The position numbers and the translations under genes were made by a program. A stretch of DNA of 64,000 nucleotides from Zygnema circumcarinatum SAG 698-1b (Eukaryota; Plantae; Zygnematophyceae), in NCBI GenBank assembly GCA_037447605.1, contig CM074809.1, forward strand, positions 3,834,689 to 3,898,688. The letters are read 5' to 3'. Each line of letters starts with the position of its first letter. Position 1 is the stretch's first letter. Under the pieces are notes generated by a model, which saw only the letters and a list, made by a program, of their open reading frames with translations, made no database searches and had not been told where the DNA came from. Positions 35,752 to 48,400 of this stretch are shown piece by piece.

Positions 35752-37376
35752 TGTAATAAATTATAGAAATAGAAATTTCCTTCAAGAAAATTTTGGATGA
35801 GATTGTTGTGAATATTTTTCTGTACATACATAGACATTTGGAACGCAAAGAAATTTTTTTGCTAGACTTTAGTTTATGCTCTTTGCACATGTCTCCCAAA
35901 CAACTTATGAAAGGGAGAGGGACAGGAGCTCTGCTGCCATGCGGCCCAGTTTTCATAATGTTACCCTGAACGGCCCAATCATTTCTTTGTATTTTCAAGG
36001 TTCCGTTCCTGTTCGAAAATAAAGTCATGGGGGGCAGAGAGCAGGAGTCGGAGCAGGAGGGTATGGAAGCTAACGCTTATGTCATTCCATGTCAAACAGT
36101 TCAGAGTTGAACCGCGGTTCCACGTTTAGTTGCATATACTCAGTTAACTTTGCTTAAAGATGCTGCTAGGGCTCCTCGCCATATTTCAACTATGGCTATC
36201 CATGTTGCAGTTGCGGATAGCGGCATGCTCAAAGCACAGATTGAATCCTCCAGTGTTGGGTTGTCCTCACTTTGTGATGAGCTGTTTTTGCATTATCCGA
36301 GTAGCAAATTGGAGGGCACTAAGTCCTTCTCGGAAGCGCGCACTGCGACGGCCCTCCCCTCCGCCTGCAGCTCCTTCTCCCCTGCCGTTCCCGACCCTGC
36401 TGAACCGTCCGATGCGGCCAGTGGAGAGAATCGGACGGATGGCAGCGCGTGCGGGAGGGCGCGGTCCGGGCGTCTCCCCGACACGGCAGAGGGGAGGCAC
36501 CGCTGGGACGGGAGAGGGAGAGGGAGAGGGATTGAGGCGGCGGAAGGAGAGAGGCGCCGCTTCTCCTTAGAGCGCTCGCTCTGTGGGCGTGTCCGTGTCC
36601 ATGCCCGTGCGCAGTTCCAGTTCCAGTCCCAGTCGGGGCTATCCATGCCAGTTCAAGTCGCCCGGCTCCCTCGTGGCCGGCCAGAGCCACAGCTAGCGTG
36701 GCTCTAGGGATGACGTGGCAAGACAAATCCACACGTGCAATGCCTCCCCTTTTTTGCTGGAGCTGTCTGCCATTGCGCGCCCGCCTTTACACGCGCGATC
36801 ATGATGGCGCCATCCTATCTGGCGCGTCCCGGGGCCCTTCCCGGCTATAGACCGTCGATGGCCGTCGGAGGATCACGATGCACCATCCGATCAGCCGTTA
36901 GGGATACTGCTGACGTGTCGTCCGCTCGCCGTGGGACCACCGCGTAGCCGTGATAACACGTGGAGCCCTCGCTAGACCTGCCGCCCGCTCGGCCACGTGA
37001 CGCGTGTCGGGACCTGTGAGAAGGTCGTCGCACTATACGGACGGTCCGGAGCGCCCGTTGACAAAACTTGAATCCATGTGGCGTTCAATCAGTCGTCCGA
37101 TCTCTGACATTGCCGTTCCGGGCGTGCACACGCGCCCCCACCCGACGACAAAGTGCCGCCGATGCCTGGGCATCGGCCAATCGGAGGCCGCCAACGAATC
37201 GATGCGCTTTGGCGATTCCGAACGCACGCCGCCAAGTGGCGCGCTTGCCCTCGCCAAAAAGCTCACCGACATTTGTGGCATGCGGGAAGCGGACGTCCCG
37301 TGCCGTGCCGTGCCGGGCCGTACCAAGGGGGACGCAATGAATGCCCACCGACATCAATGTCATGTCAAATGTCAAA

Positions 37377-38203
37377 GGGTAGTGTTTTTTTTTTACCGCT
37401 TTTTTGGATCGAAACATCCCTTCCCGGACGGGCAGATTTCGAAAAGGATAAAAAGGGAAAGGGCAAGGAAAAATGAAAAGGAAAGGCCTGCCCGAATCCG
37501 CTCGGGCGGAAGATCCGTCCGCGACGAGATCGTTCGCGGGTGTCCGTCCTTCACACGTCTGGCCAATCTCAGCCGTCGACTCCCTCGCATATCGCACCAC
37601 GGCGGATCACGATGTGATCTGCCGGGCCCCATCCCAGCGAATGGTAAGCGCCCACGTGTCTCATCAAATCCGTATGACACGCGAATGCGCGCGTCCCTCG
37701 GCCCAAGATCTCCGTGAAATTTTTGAGCTGGACCGGCCAGCCTGCGGCGGCTCGCCATGGTCAGCCTCCAGCCAATCAACATCTGCCACGTGGTATATTC
37801 TTTGACGTGGCACATTTTGATTGGTAGAATTTCGCAATATGTTTCAAAATTTTGCGTTTCCTCGAAGTTGCGATCGTACAACGTTTGTACGGATCCACTT
37901 TTGAGACGGCTTTGGCGGGATAATTGGGCTCGTGTCATTCGCTGGGACCGAGCCCGGCTGAAGATCGAACGGTCATCTGCCGTGGTGCGATCTGCGAGGG
38001 AGCCGACGGCTGAGATTGGCCGCACTTGTGAAGGACGGACACCCGCGAACGATCTCGTCGCGGACGGATCTTCCGCCCGAGCGGATTCGGGCAGGCCTTT
38101 CCTTTTCCTTTTTCCTTGCCCTTTCCCTTTTTATCCTTTTTGAAATCTGCCCCGCCGGGAACGGGTGTTTTGGATCCAAAAAAGGGTAAGCAATACGTAC
38201 CCC
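37377..38203. mobile_element. Non-autonomous foldback (long-TIR, Mutator-like) element, copy 1
   Basis: Arms of about 300 bp are reverse complements, e.g. TTTTGGATCGAAACATCCCTTCCCGGACGGGCAGATTTC vs GAAATCTGCCCCGCCGGGAACGGGTGTTTTGGATCCAAAA. Mirror ORFs 37085-37600(-) and 37757-38143(+) share a peptide. Both ends read GGGTA inward. No TSD found. Confidence 0.75.
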
Positions 38204-38209
38204 GGAAAC

Positions 38210-38309
38210 NNNNNNNNNNNNNNNNNNNNNNNNNNNNNNNNNNNNNNNNNNNNNNNNNNNNNNNNNNNNNNNNNNNNNNNNNNNNNNNNNNNNNNNNNNN
38301 NNNNNNNNN
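38210..38309. other. 100-N assembly gap next to the foldback element
   Basis: Run of 100 N. Confidence 1.
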
Positions 38310-39443
38310 AAGAATGCATTGACTGTTTTCCAGCTTTTTCACATCCTTGCCTTAGCAATAAGGTCTAATAGAGAATTCTGTGTTACTTGTGCAGGAAATC
38401 ATTTTGGATCCGTAGCAGCGATCTGCACTCCTCGTCAGAAAGCTTCCTCTTCGTCGTCGTGAAGTGGAAATGCGAAAATAAAAGTTTTTTTCTTTTTTTT
38501 TTTCTTTCATGAACTTTTTATTTATTTTTGGTCCTTCGTTGTAGAGGAAGTCAAGAGAGAGAGACTCTCTCTCTCTTGCGCAGGTGTCTGTAGATGGGTG
38601 GTTGGAGTCAAGGTCAGATTTTGTCAGGATTCAGGGTTCGGGTTGCACCTTTTCTTTTCATTTTTAGGTAGGATTCATTATTGGCGCAGCTTACCTTTAA
38701 GGGGAGGTCAAGCTGTGTCCAATAAGTGGGCCAAACTCGCAGTTTGTACATTTTGTGCTCCCTTCCTTGAATGAATGTCAACTTTTGTATTGGAGATGTC
38801 AAATCCTTCACTATGGATGCTGTTGTTGTCGTTGATTTGAACTACCATAAGCATTTCTCTGAGCTTCAACCTTTATATTCATTCATTAGAGGCGTGCACG
38901 GTTATGATGTGATGGGCATATCCCTTCTTCTTGTCCCACATCTTCCTTATTCTTTTGTCTCTTTGGTTATTGTTCATCGCCTCTCCCTCTCTTTACTTAA
39001 CACTTATATGCTGCCTTTCCTCAAATCCTGTCTCGTTCTCTCTGTCCTCTACAGGGCATGCCCATGATTCGCTTGCATCTGTTTGTATGGGCAGGATTTC
39101 AGTATTGTTCTGTAGCAGCCTATATTGTTATCGCCATCAAAACAGAGGACTGCTTCTGTGGGGATCACTCTCAATGTCTCGCTCGGTACATAAGATTATT
39201 TTGTTTCGGGCAGGAGGTCGCGCGGACATCGACATTTAAGCAAGAGATTCTTTCATTTGTTTATTTTTTAATTAGTTTCACATTCTCAAGTGCAGAAAAA
39301 GGAAAGAATTTTCCTGCACGTCATTCTCACGACTGGCCAAAAAGTAACAATTCACGAGAAAAAAAAGAGTTCCGAAATAAGAGCTAAGCTACCTCACTTA
39401 ACGTCAAAAGTTTCAAAACTTTAGCAGTGCCTTCCCAATGTGA

Positions 39444-42400
39444 TTACATTCCCGCCCCAATTGCGGCTCTCGTATTCATTTTCGGTTGACGCTGCTTCTT
39501 CACCTGTCACACGGGCGGGCCAAAAGTGAAAATAAATCAGTTACAGTTGACAAATTGCGAAAAAAAAAAAAAATGGGAGACAAACCGTCCAATCTGAAGT
39601 TCCTTGAAAAACTGCGCTGAAAAAACGGTATTTACAACCCCCGCCCCCTTGCTTCCCTCAAAAAGTCGAAAGCTATCCTTCACGAACCCAGGAAAACCCT
39701 TTGAAATCTCCAAAATGAACCCTAAATACGCTGAAAGGACACTAAGCGAGCACACTGTACATCAATGAAATCACATTAACCCAAAAAAAAAAAAAAAAAA
39801 AACTGATTCTCCTTCAGGTTTTGATTGAACTCCTTTCCAGCGGACACAAAAATGAAAATCAATTTTTTGCCAAGCTCACCGCAGCTTTGGCACGCTTTTT
39901 GGCCTTCCCGCGAGGGCGGTTTTTGGGCTCCTTGAGTTTGTATACGCGCACCATCCAGTGGGTGGTGGTGAATGCCTGCCAGTGAACAATGGCCGCACGC
40001 GTGTGTGTGAGAGAGAGAATGGAAGGGAGGGAGGTGAGAAAGGGGGAATGGGGAGAGTGGGGGAGGGAGTAGGAGTGGGAGCGGGGGAAGGGGAGGGAAA
40101 GGCAGAGGTGGAAGCGAAAGGGGAAAGGGCGGGAGGGCAGGGTAAGGGGAAGGGGAGAAGGGGAGAAGGGCAGGGGGAGGGGGAGGGGAGGGGAGGGGAG
40201 GGGAGGGGAGGGGGAGGGGGAGGGGAGGGGGAGGGGAGGGGGAGGGGAGGGGAGGGGGAGGGGGAGGGGGAGGGGGAGGGGAGGGGAGGGGAGGGGGAGG
40301 GGGAGGGGAGGGGGAGGGGAGGGGGAGGGGAGGGGGAGGGGTAGTGGGAGGAGGAGGGGGAGGGTGAGGAGGAGGAGGGGGAGGAGGAGGAGGGGGAGGG
40401 TGAGGAGGGGGGAGAGGGAGGGAGGGGGAAGGTGGGGGAGGGGGAGGATGAGGGTGAGGAGGGGGGAGAGGGAGGGAGGGGGAAGGTGGGGGAGGGGGAG
40501 GATGAGGGTGAGGAAGGGGGAGAGGGAGGGAGGGGGAAGGTGGGGGAGGGGGAGGATGAGGGTGAGGAGGGGGGAGAGGGAGGGAGGGGGAAGGTGGGGG
40601 AGGGGGAGGATGAGGGTGAGGAAGGGGGAGAGGGAGGGAGGGGGAAGGTGGGGGAGGGGGAGGGTTAGGGGGTTAGAGTGCGGGATGGGGTGCGGATGTT
40701 CGAACCTCTTCAAAGTGCGTGAGCTTGAAGTACTTTTTCCCAATTTCTGTTCTCCGAACCCTATCAAAAGCCTGGCCTCCATTGGCTTCCGCAAATCTGA
40801 AATAACATAACACGATGCAGTAGAGGGATTTCAGGGCTTTGAAGACTTTCAGGACTTTCTTAGTTGAGCACTTTTGAAAATGTTTAGGGTTGAATGAAAC
40901 ATAACTGCTAGGTGGGTTGTACATGGTTGCAGTATATTCTGATAAAGAAATTTTTTGAACCCGGGAAATGCTTGAAAATGTAAGTGTACAACTGCAGAAT
41001 CGAATTGCAACCCTACAAAGAAATGCAATACATTAAAAGGCAAGCTAAGTCCCTCGTTTTGAAATTGGGGAGGGTGGACTCTACCTGTAATATGAGAGCT
41101 TGTACATTAAACAGTTGAGCATAGTCGGAGTCGCGAGATTATCGATTCGATAGTTCCCATCCCTCTACGCCCTCATTATATCCCCAACATTCAACGTCTT
41201 TATTTTAATTTGAAATCAAATCATGATGACTCAGTTATTCGTATTTGGAGCCAACAATTCATACTCTTGCGTGCCCATGTTTCAGTTATTTTTTGCTTTT
41301 ACTTTATCAAGGGTTCTGTGTCCACACACCAAGTAGTCCGGCTCCTTAATGTGAGGAAACACTCCGCCTCCGATTCGAACCATCCACAGAAACTTGTTGA
41401 TGTCATCGCTGGGGTATCCCACCAGCCCTGTGAGAGAGTTCAAATTTGGAGAGAAAGAAAGGAAAGCACGAAGTTCAGAAGACGGAATGGTGTCCCCTCC
41501 CCTCCCTTCCCCTCCCTTCCCCTCCCTTCCCCTCTCTTCCCCTTCCCCTCCCCCTCCCCTCTCCTCCCCTCTCCTCCCCCTCCCCTCCCCTCCCCTCCCC
41601 TCCCCTTCCCCTCCCCGGCCCCTCCCCTCCCCTCCCCAGTTCAAATTTGAAGAGAAAGAAAGAAAAGCACGAAGTTCAGAAGACGGAATGGTGTCCCCTC
41701 CCCTTCCGTTCCCTCCCTTCCCCTCTCTTCCCCTTCCCCTCCCNNNNNNNNNNTCCTTCCCTCCCTCCCTCCCTCCGAAGGGTGTGTGAGTACCTCCAAA
41801 GATCACAAACACATATTTGACATCAAGGCTTCTATATATCTCCCACGCCTCCTTCTCCCTCGAAGACATTGCCATCCCCACAGTCGCGATATGCGTGTTG
41901 TTCCATGTGTTGTTGTCAACAATCACAGTTCTGTTGGCCATAGCGGTGGTTTGGTATCCGTAATCCCACCAAGACGCCACCTGTCCTCCCTCAATACCAA
42001 ACAAAAAGAAAGGAAAAAAAAAAAAATTTGAAAAGGAGGGCACTGAGTTCTATGTGAAATCTCCCACAATTTGAACTCCCTCTAACCGAACCTATGAACG
42101 CGCAGATGAGGTTCTCCTGCGCGTGACGTGACATACTGGCACGCAAAACCACCTACCTTGATTGAAGATTCGAAAGTTGAAGCAAGCAATAGCTTGATAT
42201 GGAAAGAAGGGCAATGCAAAAACTTAGTCTTAGAGTTTCAGGTTTCGGGTTCGGGTCAGGTTTTTGAGTGAAACCTTGTCATCGGGATCCGTGTTATGTG
42301 AAAACCACGCGTAAGCTTCTCGGAAATCGTCAAAAATGTGCTGTCCCCCATCTTGGGAGGGGCTCGACAGCACAATGGAAGGAGCTGAATATGCTTCAGC

Positions 42401-45400
42401 AGCAGCCCAAACGCAGTGAATCTGAAACCACACAAAAAAGGACAAGAAAGAAAGAAACCCAACTCATGTCGTGGATAATCCGAGAGTTTTTAAGCTTATC
42501 TACTTTCAATTCTTTTCATGTTAAAAGAAGGAAAACTCACAAAAGAATCACTGCACAACATTACAAAACACAGAAGCTGGATTCTCTCCAAAGGTTTAGT
42601 TCAGTCCATGTAAACGGAAAGGAACGGAGCGTACCACATAGAACCCGAGGAGTGCGAGGAGAAGGGCGAGTCCAAGGAGAGAGACATCCCACGTGAGAAT
42701 GAAAGGCCCTTTTCCTTTCTTTGTAACAGATTCGAGCAACCTCACTGCTGCAGAGGGAGGAGCCTCCCTCTTCCTCCTTTTCGGAATAGCTCCTACTTTT
42801 TCCTTACTGGGTTTGCCCTCCTTCCCTTTGGGTGGGGGTTCAGGAGCAGCAACAGAAGCCGGTTCAGGTGCGGATGAATCTGCCGCATCCTGTGAACAGT
42901 GAAGAGGAGCACAAGGAGGGAGGGAGGGGGGTGTGGGAGTGAGGGAGAGACAGAGGAGGATAGGAGAGAAGAAAAGAGAGAGACGGAGTGAGAGAGATAT
43001 GAGAGGGGGGGGAGGGAGAAGGAGAGAAGAAGATTTAGGAGTGAACACCGGAACAAAGGAAAGGTATGCGAGCAAGAAAATTCCTCAACATTCCAGTCGC
43101 CATACAACGCTGACATCATCATCACGTCAGCGTCTGACAACATAGGGAGGCAATCTCTTGTAGCAGATGATTGCTGACATCAGCACGATCACGTGATGTT
43201 CTCAACTTAGAATAACGAGGAGAGGGAGAGATCGTGGAAGGGGTAGAGGGAGAAGGGAGCTGAGCGCTGTGCTAAGGAAATAACAGAAAAATGTGTGCGT
43301 GAGGAAACAAAAGAGAGCCGCAGAGAGAGAAACGGAGGGGATATGAAAGTCATTAGTGTAAGTATTTCCCATACCTTGACAACTGAAGCATCTTTCTCCC
43401 CAGAGCTCACTTTGGGAGGGCTAATAGCAGTCTTAAGGGAGCGAGTGAGGAGCGCAAAAGCTTCAGAGAGAGCGATTCCGGAGAGAATGCAGGCAGCAGG
43501 GGCAAGGACCAACATCAGTCGGACCTGCATTGCCCCATTTGCCTCCCTATCTTGTTAAATAAAGTGAAGAAGACACAATCGCAATAATTATCAAATAAAG
43601 TACGCATCGATGCCAATACGTGTGAAAAGGATGGAGGGAATGTATGGGAGAGATTAGTCACCATCACGCCTGAGAAGTAGATGGAAGTTACGACATAAAG
43701 GGCAACGAAGGAGCTCGCATCAGTGAGAGGTAGGAAACAGGCCTGCATGCATCCCGTAACAATTGTCAGAATTCATGCTTCTAAATATCTCTCTATAGCA
43801 GTTCATACAACTTAATTACGGCTTCAAAATTAAAAAAATCTCAACCTTCAAAACAGCTGCGTAGGACCGCATCACATCTTCCAGAAACAGATGAACGCAT
43901 TGAATGAATGAACAGCAGGAATGAACAGGTGAATGAATGGTCAACTTTTGAACTAGTGGGGTGGAATCTGGCTTCTGGCGAAGGAGAGGGAGATGGAGAG
44001 GGAGAGGGAGAGGGAGAGGGAGAGGGAGAGGGAGAGGGAGTGGGAGAGGGAGAGGGAGAGGGAGAGGGAGAGGTAGAGGGAGAGGGAGAGGTTGAACATA
44101 CGATAATGCCAGCCGGTACAAGAAAAGCGCAAATGTGGATATCCATGAAGTAGGAGGGCCAGGTGGGCGGCTGATGCTCGCTCACACTCGCAATGATGGG
44201 AATGTACTTGCTCGCATAAGTACTGCGAATACAAAAACAACAAAAAAAATCACTCAAGTTTTCGAAAAACACCAACTGAAAATGTTCAACAGTTTTACTT
44301 AAGAAAAAAAGAAATTCCCATGCGCTGAGTCACGTGAATTCAGAGAGCAATATGCCCATGAATGCGCGTGAATAGCAGAGGTTGACAATAGAATGCCCAT
44401 CTAGAGAACATAACCTCAAATTCAAGATTGCTTCAGGCTGTAGCTCAGGTTCAAGTTCAGGGGTTTCAGGATAGGGAGGATTAGGGGTGGGGCTGAGTGA
44501 GTAGTAAGGGTAGAATTTGGAATGAAGTCAAACTTGGCGGTTACAGTCGGGATTAGGGTTAGGGTTAAGGCTAGAATCACAATTAGGGCTAGTATCTTGG
44601 CAGGAGTTAGGATCAAGATCAAGGTGGCATCAGGTTTATGCTTAAATCAGGGGGTAAAAGAACCCAGAAAGGATAGGAAAAGGATTGAGATTAGGGTTAG
44701 GGGTTAACTTTAGGGTTAAAACTGAACCCCGGGTTGAGCTAATTCAGAGCCAATCACCATCGCATTTAGGGTTAGGATTAGGGTTAGGGTGAGACAAGTA
44801 CTATCGTAATTAGGGTTAGGGTTAGGGAGAATTGCACCATCGTAAATGGGGTTAGTATTAGACTTAGGGTTAGGGTGAGAAGAGTTTACGGGTCGAGAAG
44901 ACTGAGACTGCGTCCGCTCCATCCTAGAGTTGGGCTGGCCATGACCAAAGCCACTAAAGCCGCTCCGAGGGCTACAGCCACCACTCTGCGGGTAACCACA
45001 CAAGCAGGGAGACTAGTCATTGGGTTGACAAGACATGGCTAGTTTGAAGTTGAACAAGCTGAAACCAAGTGAATCCCACTTCCTTCAGAAACTCGCTTTA
45101 TGGGAGAGCGATGAGAAAGGGAAAGGGAGGGGGGAGAGAAAGGGGGGACTTACATTCCAATGGAGATGACGAGGGCTTGAGCCACACGGTATGTTCTGGA
45201 GGGTAGAATGGACTTCATGTAAAACACTAAAGCAGTCACATGTAGAATCACAAACACCTGAAGATGTCCCCAACACATTTCACTTGCGCTTTATTACAAA
45301 TCGAATCACAAATTGACTTATATACCAGATTTTTTCTGAAGTCTCCGGATTCTGAACAACGTCAATAGCTTAATTTGAGCAGGTCTTTTGAAAAAAAATC

Positions 45401-48400
45401 GCACCAGAAAACCGCCGAAGTGTTCCGAAGTCATCACTGCGTTGAAGCCGACCACCGGAACTAAAGCGGCAAGAAGAGTTCCCAAAACAATCTGCAACCC
45501 TCCAAGAACCCTCCAACGACTAAGACCGACTGGGAATGACTAATTGACAACACATTTCTGCCTATTGTTAGCAGTCCATGTAACGAGGGAGGTGCACCTA
45601 TCTCCTACTTACCAACGGAGCAAAGGCCACATAGAGCCGTGACGAGAACCGGCCCGTTACAATGCAGAGGAGCGCATGGATAGGGATGATGTTGATGATG
45701 AATGTATAGCCTCCCCATGACATCACCATGTAAAAGTACGAAAGGGCATTTGCTGTCGCGTAGAATAAAGAACCTGTGTTTAATGTCTGTGAAAACATAT
45801 TAAAAAAAGTGTCAGACAAGCTCTCTAGAAGCAGAGACAATACGGGTCCGTAGGAATCAAGGTTTCTCTCTAACAGCAGAGATCTGAAAGAGAGAGACCA
45901 GAGAGATGAGAGATGAGTGCAGCATGCGAGAGGGATGACAGAGAGATGTGATTGTACGGATTCAGCCATGGATGTGAAGCGCTACATGAATAAAGTGGTT
46001 CTGACCTCAGTGTGGCAAAAACGTGAAGAGAATGGCAAAGGAAAGGTTTGAGAGAGGGAGAGACGGAAGTACTGGTTAACAGCGAACAAGTTACAAGTTC
46101 CGTTCAACCAGCAGCTTTACCTTAACATAGAAGTAGAATGTGAACACAAGGGCGAAAATGGCAACTCCTTCATTATCGTAACTGCCTGCAACCGATCTTG
46201 ATATGTAGGATGGAACCTGAACCCAACAATCATGCTCATGTTAGAGAGACATGCGACGCCTTTGACCAGTAAAAACATTCATTTGAGCAGGAACGACATA
46301 CATACATAAGACGACGAACCTCATCCAACATGTGATGCACAAATTGACCCTTGAATGGAATCACCACTACCACTGCATAGCCTTCACTATTCCTGCGAGT
46401 CACTCCAAAGACGATCTCTATGCCAAACTATTCATTTTTCCTGCTAAAATGACAAACAGACTCCAAAAACTGCAGTCAACAGCAGAGCTTCAAAGCTTCG
46501 AACTCAAACACTGTAAAGGCCTCGAAATCCCTAAGCCTGAAGACCACCATGTGAATCATACCATGGCGATAAAGGCAGCTGCAGTGAGACCAGCTCCCGT
46601 TCCCTTCACTTCGCGAGTGAGCAGGAAAGTGGCCCACGCAGCATTTGCAGAGAAGAGGGGAGCAGTGAAGACGCACACCGTCTCCACCGACAAGGGGAAG
46701 TTGAGCGCATTCGCAATCCTGCTTGCATGGAACACAACCTCAGTAACTGAAGCGGTCACTTGATGTAAGTTGAAGGGTTTCGGGTCGTTCAATGGGCTTT
46801 ACAGACATGCACTACTTCCTAGAGGCGTGATGTAACCTCTCTCCCCCCTCCCTCTTTTATCCCCCCCCTCTCTCTCTCTCTCTCTCTCTCGCTCGAAATC
46901 GCGTCCAGGCATAAAAATTTTAGGGTAGGGTACTTAGGTTTAGTAGGATTTTTCGGGTTTTAAGGTTTTGGAAAGTACCACCACATTGTGCCTGCGGTTA
47001 ATGTGAGACCCGGGTACACGGTACCACCTATAACTCGGCCCAGTGGATACCTGCAAAGCATCAGGTTGCCTCAATATAAGGCTTTCAAGAAAAGCAACTG
47101 ATTGCTCCTTTCATGCAGCCCAATGGATCCCTCTCCCACTTTACTCTCACACTTTGTCTCACCCACTCTCCCCCTGCCCCCTCTAAACTCTGTGATATGA
47201 TATGGAAGGGGAACACTAGTGCTTGGAGCTTTTGGTGGCTTACCATGTCCTCTCGTCGAACCAATTCCAAAATTCATAAAATCCCGTTTTCGAAAGGTAC
47301 TGATCATCAGACAACACATATATGCTGAATGATCAGAACGACTTTGAAATCAAAAGTCACATGTGACAGCCAAAGCAGCTCCTTGGATGCATCTCAAGCA
47401 TGGATATAGGAGCATTTGAGGTGGCAGGTTTGCCTAATGTAGGAAAGAATCTCAGAAATTCTACTTCATACATTTTAACCAAAACATGGCATATTGCTAT
47501 TGCATATTGCTTTACCTGCGTGACACGGAAGTTGAAGTAGGGATCGAACTCGTGGATAACGCTTTCGTATTTTATAACCTGTAAGAGACAAAAGCCCTTT
47601 TTCAGATCTGCCCCCCCAATGTGGAATTCCTCTGTTGATATTATGGGGTAAAATCTTCAGAAAAAAAGTGCGAAAAGAAATGCACATGTTAGCAAGAACA
47701 GCTAATCGTTCTCCCAAGAGCCAAGTAAAAGCTAAACAAGCAATCAAAACAACAAGTAAACAAAAGACAACTAAACAAAGAAACATAATGACATTAACAC
47801 CAAACAAGTTCAGTCTTGCTAAAAAATGGGGGCTGGAAGAGTAGAATTTTTCTTTTCAGGGTTTTTGGTTGTTGAAATAAAAGGAATTTATCTCGATACT
47901 GACATCTCGATCCCGTCATTGACCCTGAACCTATTCTTCTCATCTGAGCTTCAAGTCTAAGGCTCAGTTCAAATGCAGCCATTGAAACTGAGTGCCAGCT
48001 GGCATTCCAAGGAAAAAAAATCCCTAACTTTCATAGCATACATAAAAATCTCTCTTTCCAGTTATATGAAGGACGACGCTTGCATCTTGATAACCTTCTT
48101 TTCTGCATCTTGGCGGGAGGGAAAAAGGGGGAAAAGTAAAAAAGAAAATGAAAAGAAACAGCGTTCACTATGCACTCAGTAAACGAATATTTTCTAAGAT
48201 TTTCGAATTTGCTTTTCGGGTTTTTTTTTTTTTTTTCGTTTCGTGCTCCATCTGCAAAGCCGTTTGCTGACTTTAACCTGAAACGCTACACACTGCCCAG
48301 CCAATTCCATAAAATAATTACAAATGTTTCTATATTTAAACGTAAACTATAGTGTATTCCGGCTAGCTCGATGAAGGCCCTCAACTGAGCCCTCAGCTAA

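Noticed and set aside
37004-38143. Overlapping 100-240 aa ORFs on both strands, and similar ones at 63324-63997
   Set aside because: No transposase or other recognisable motif; they are by-products of GC-rich inverted arms.
39859-40810. Long ORFs (311, 128, 148 and 78 aa) of Pro/Leu or Gly/Glu/Arg repeats
   Set aside because: These are translations of the intronic G/A tract and 54-bp minisatellite; T-poor sequence rarely contains stops.
42040-42180. Possible H/ACA snoRNA (8-bp ACGCGCAG/CTGCGCGT stem, ACA near the end)
   Set aside because: I could not identify a two-hairpin architecture or a positioned H box; snoReport or Infernal would be needed.
43085-43200. Possible intronic C/D snoRNA (GTGATGA on the minus strand within a hairpin)
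   Set aside because: No CTGA D box at a suitable distance downstream and no terminal stem.
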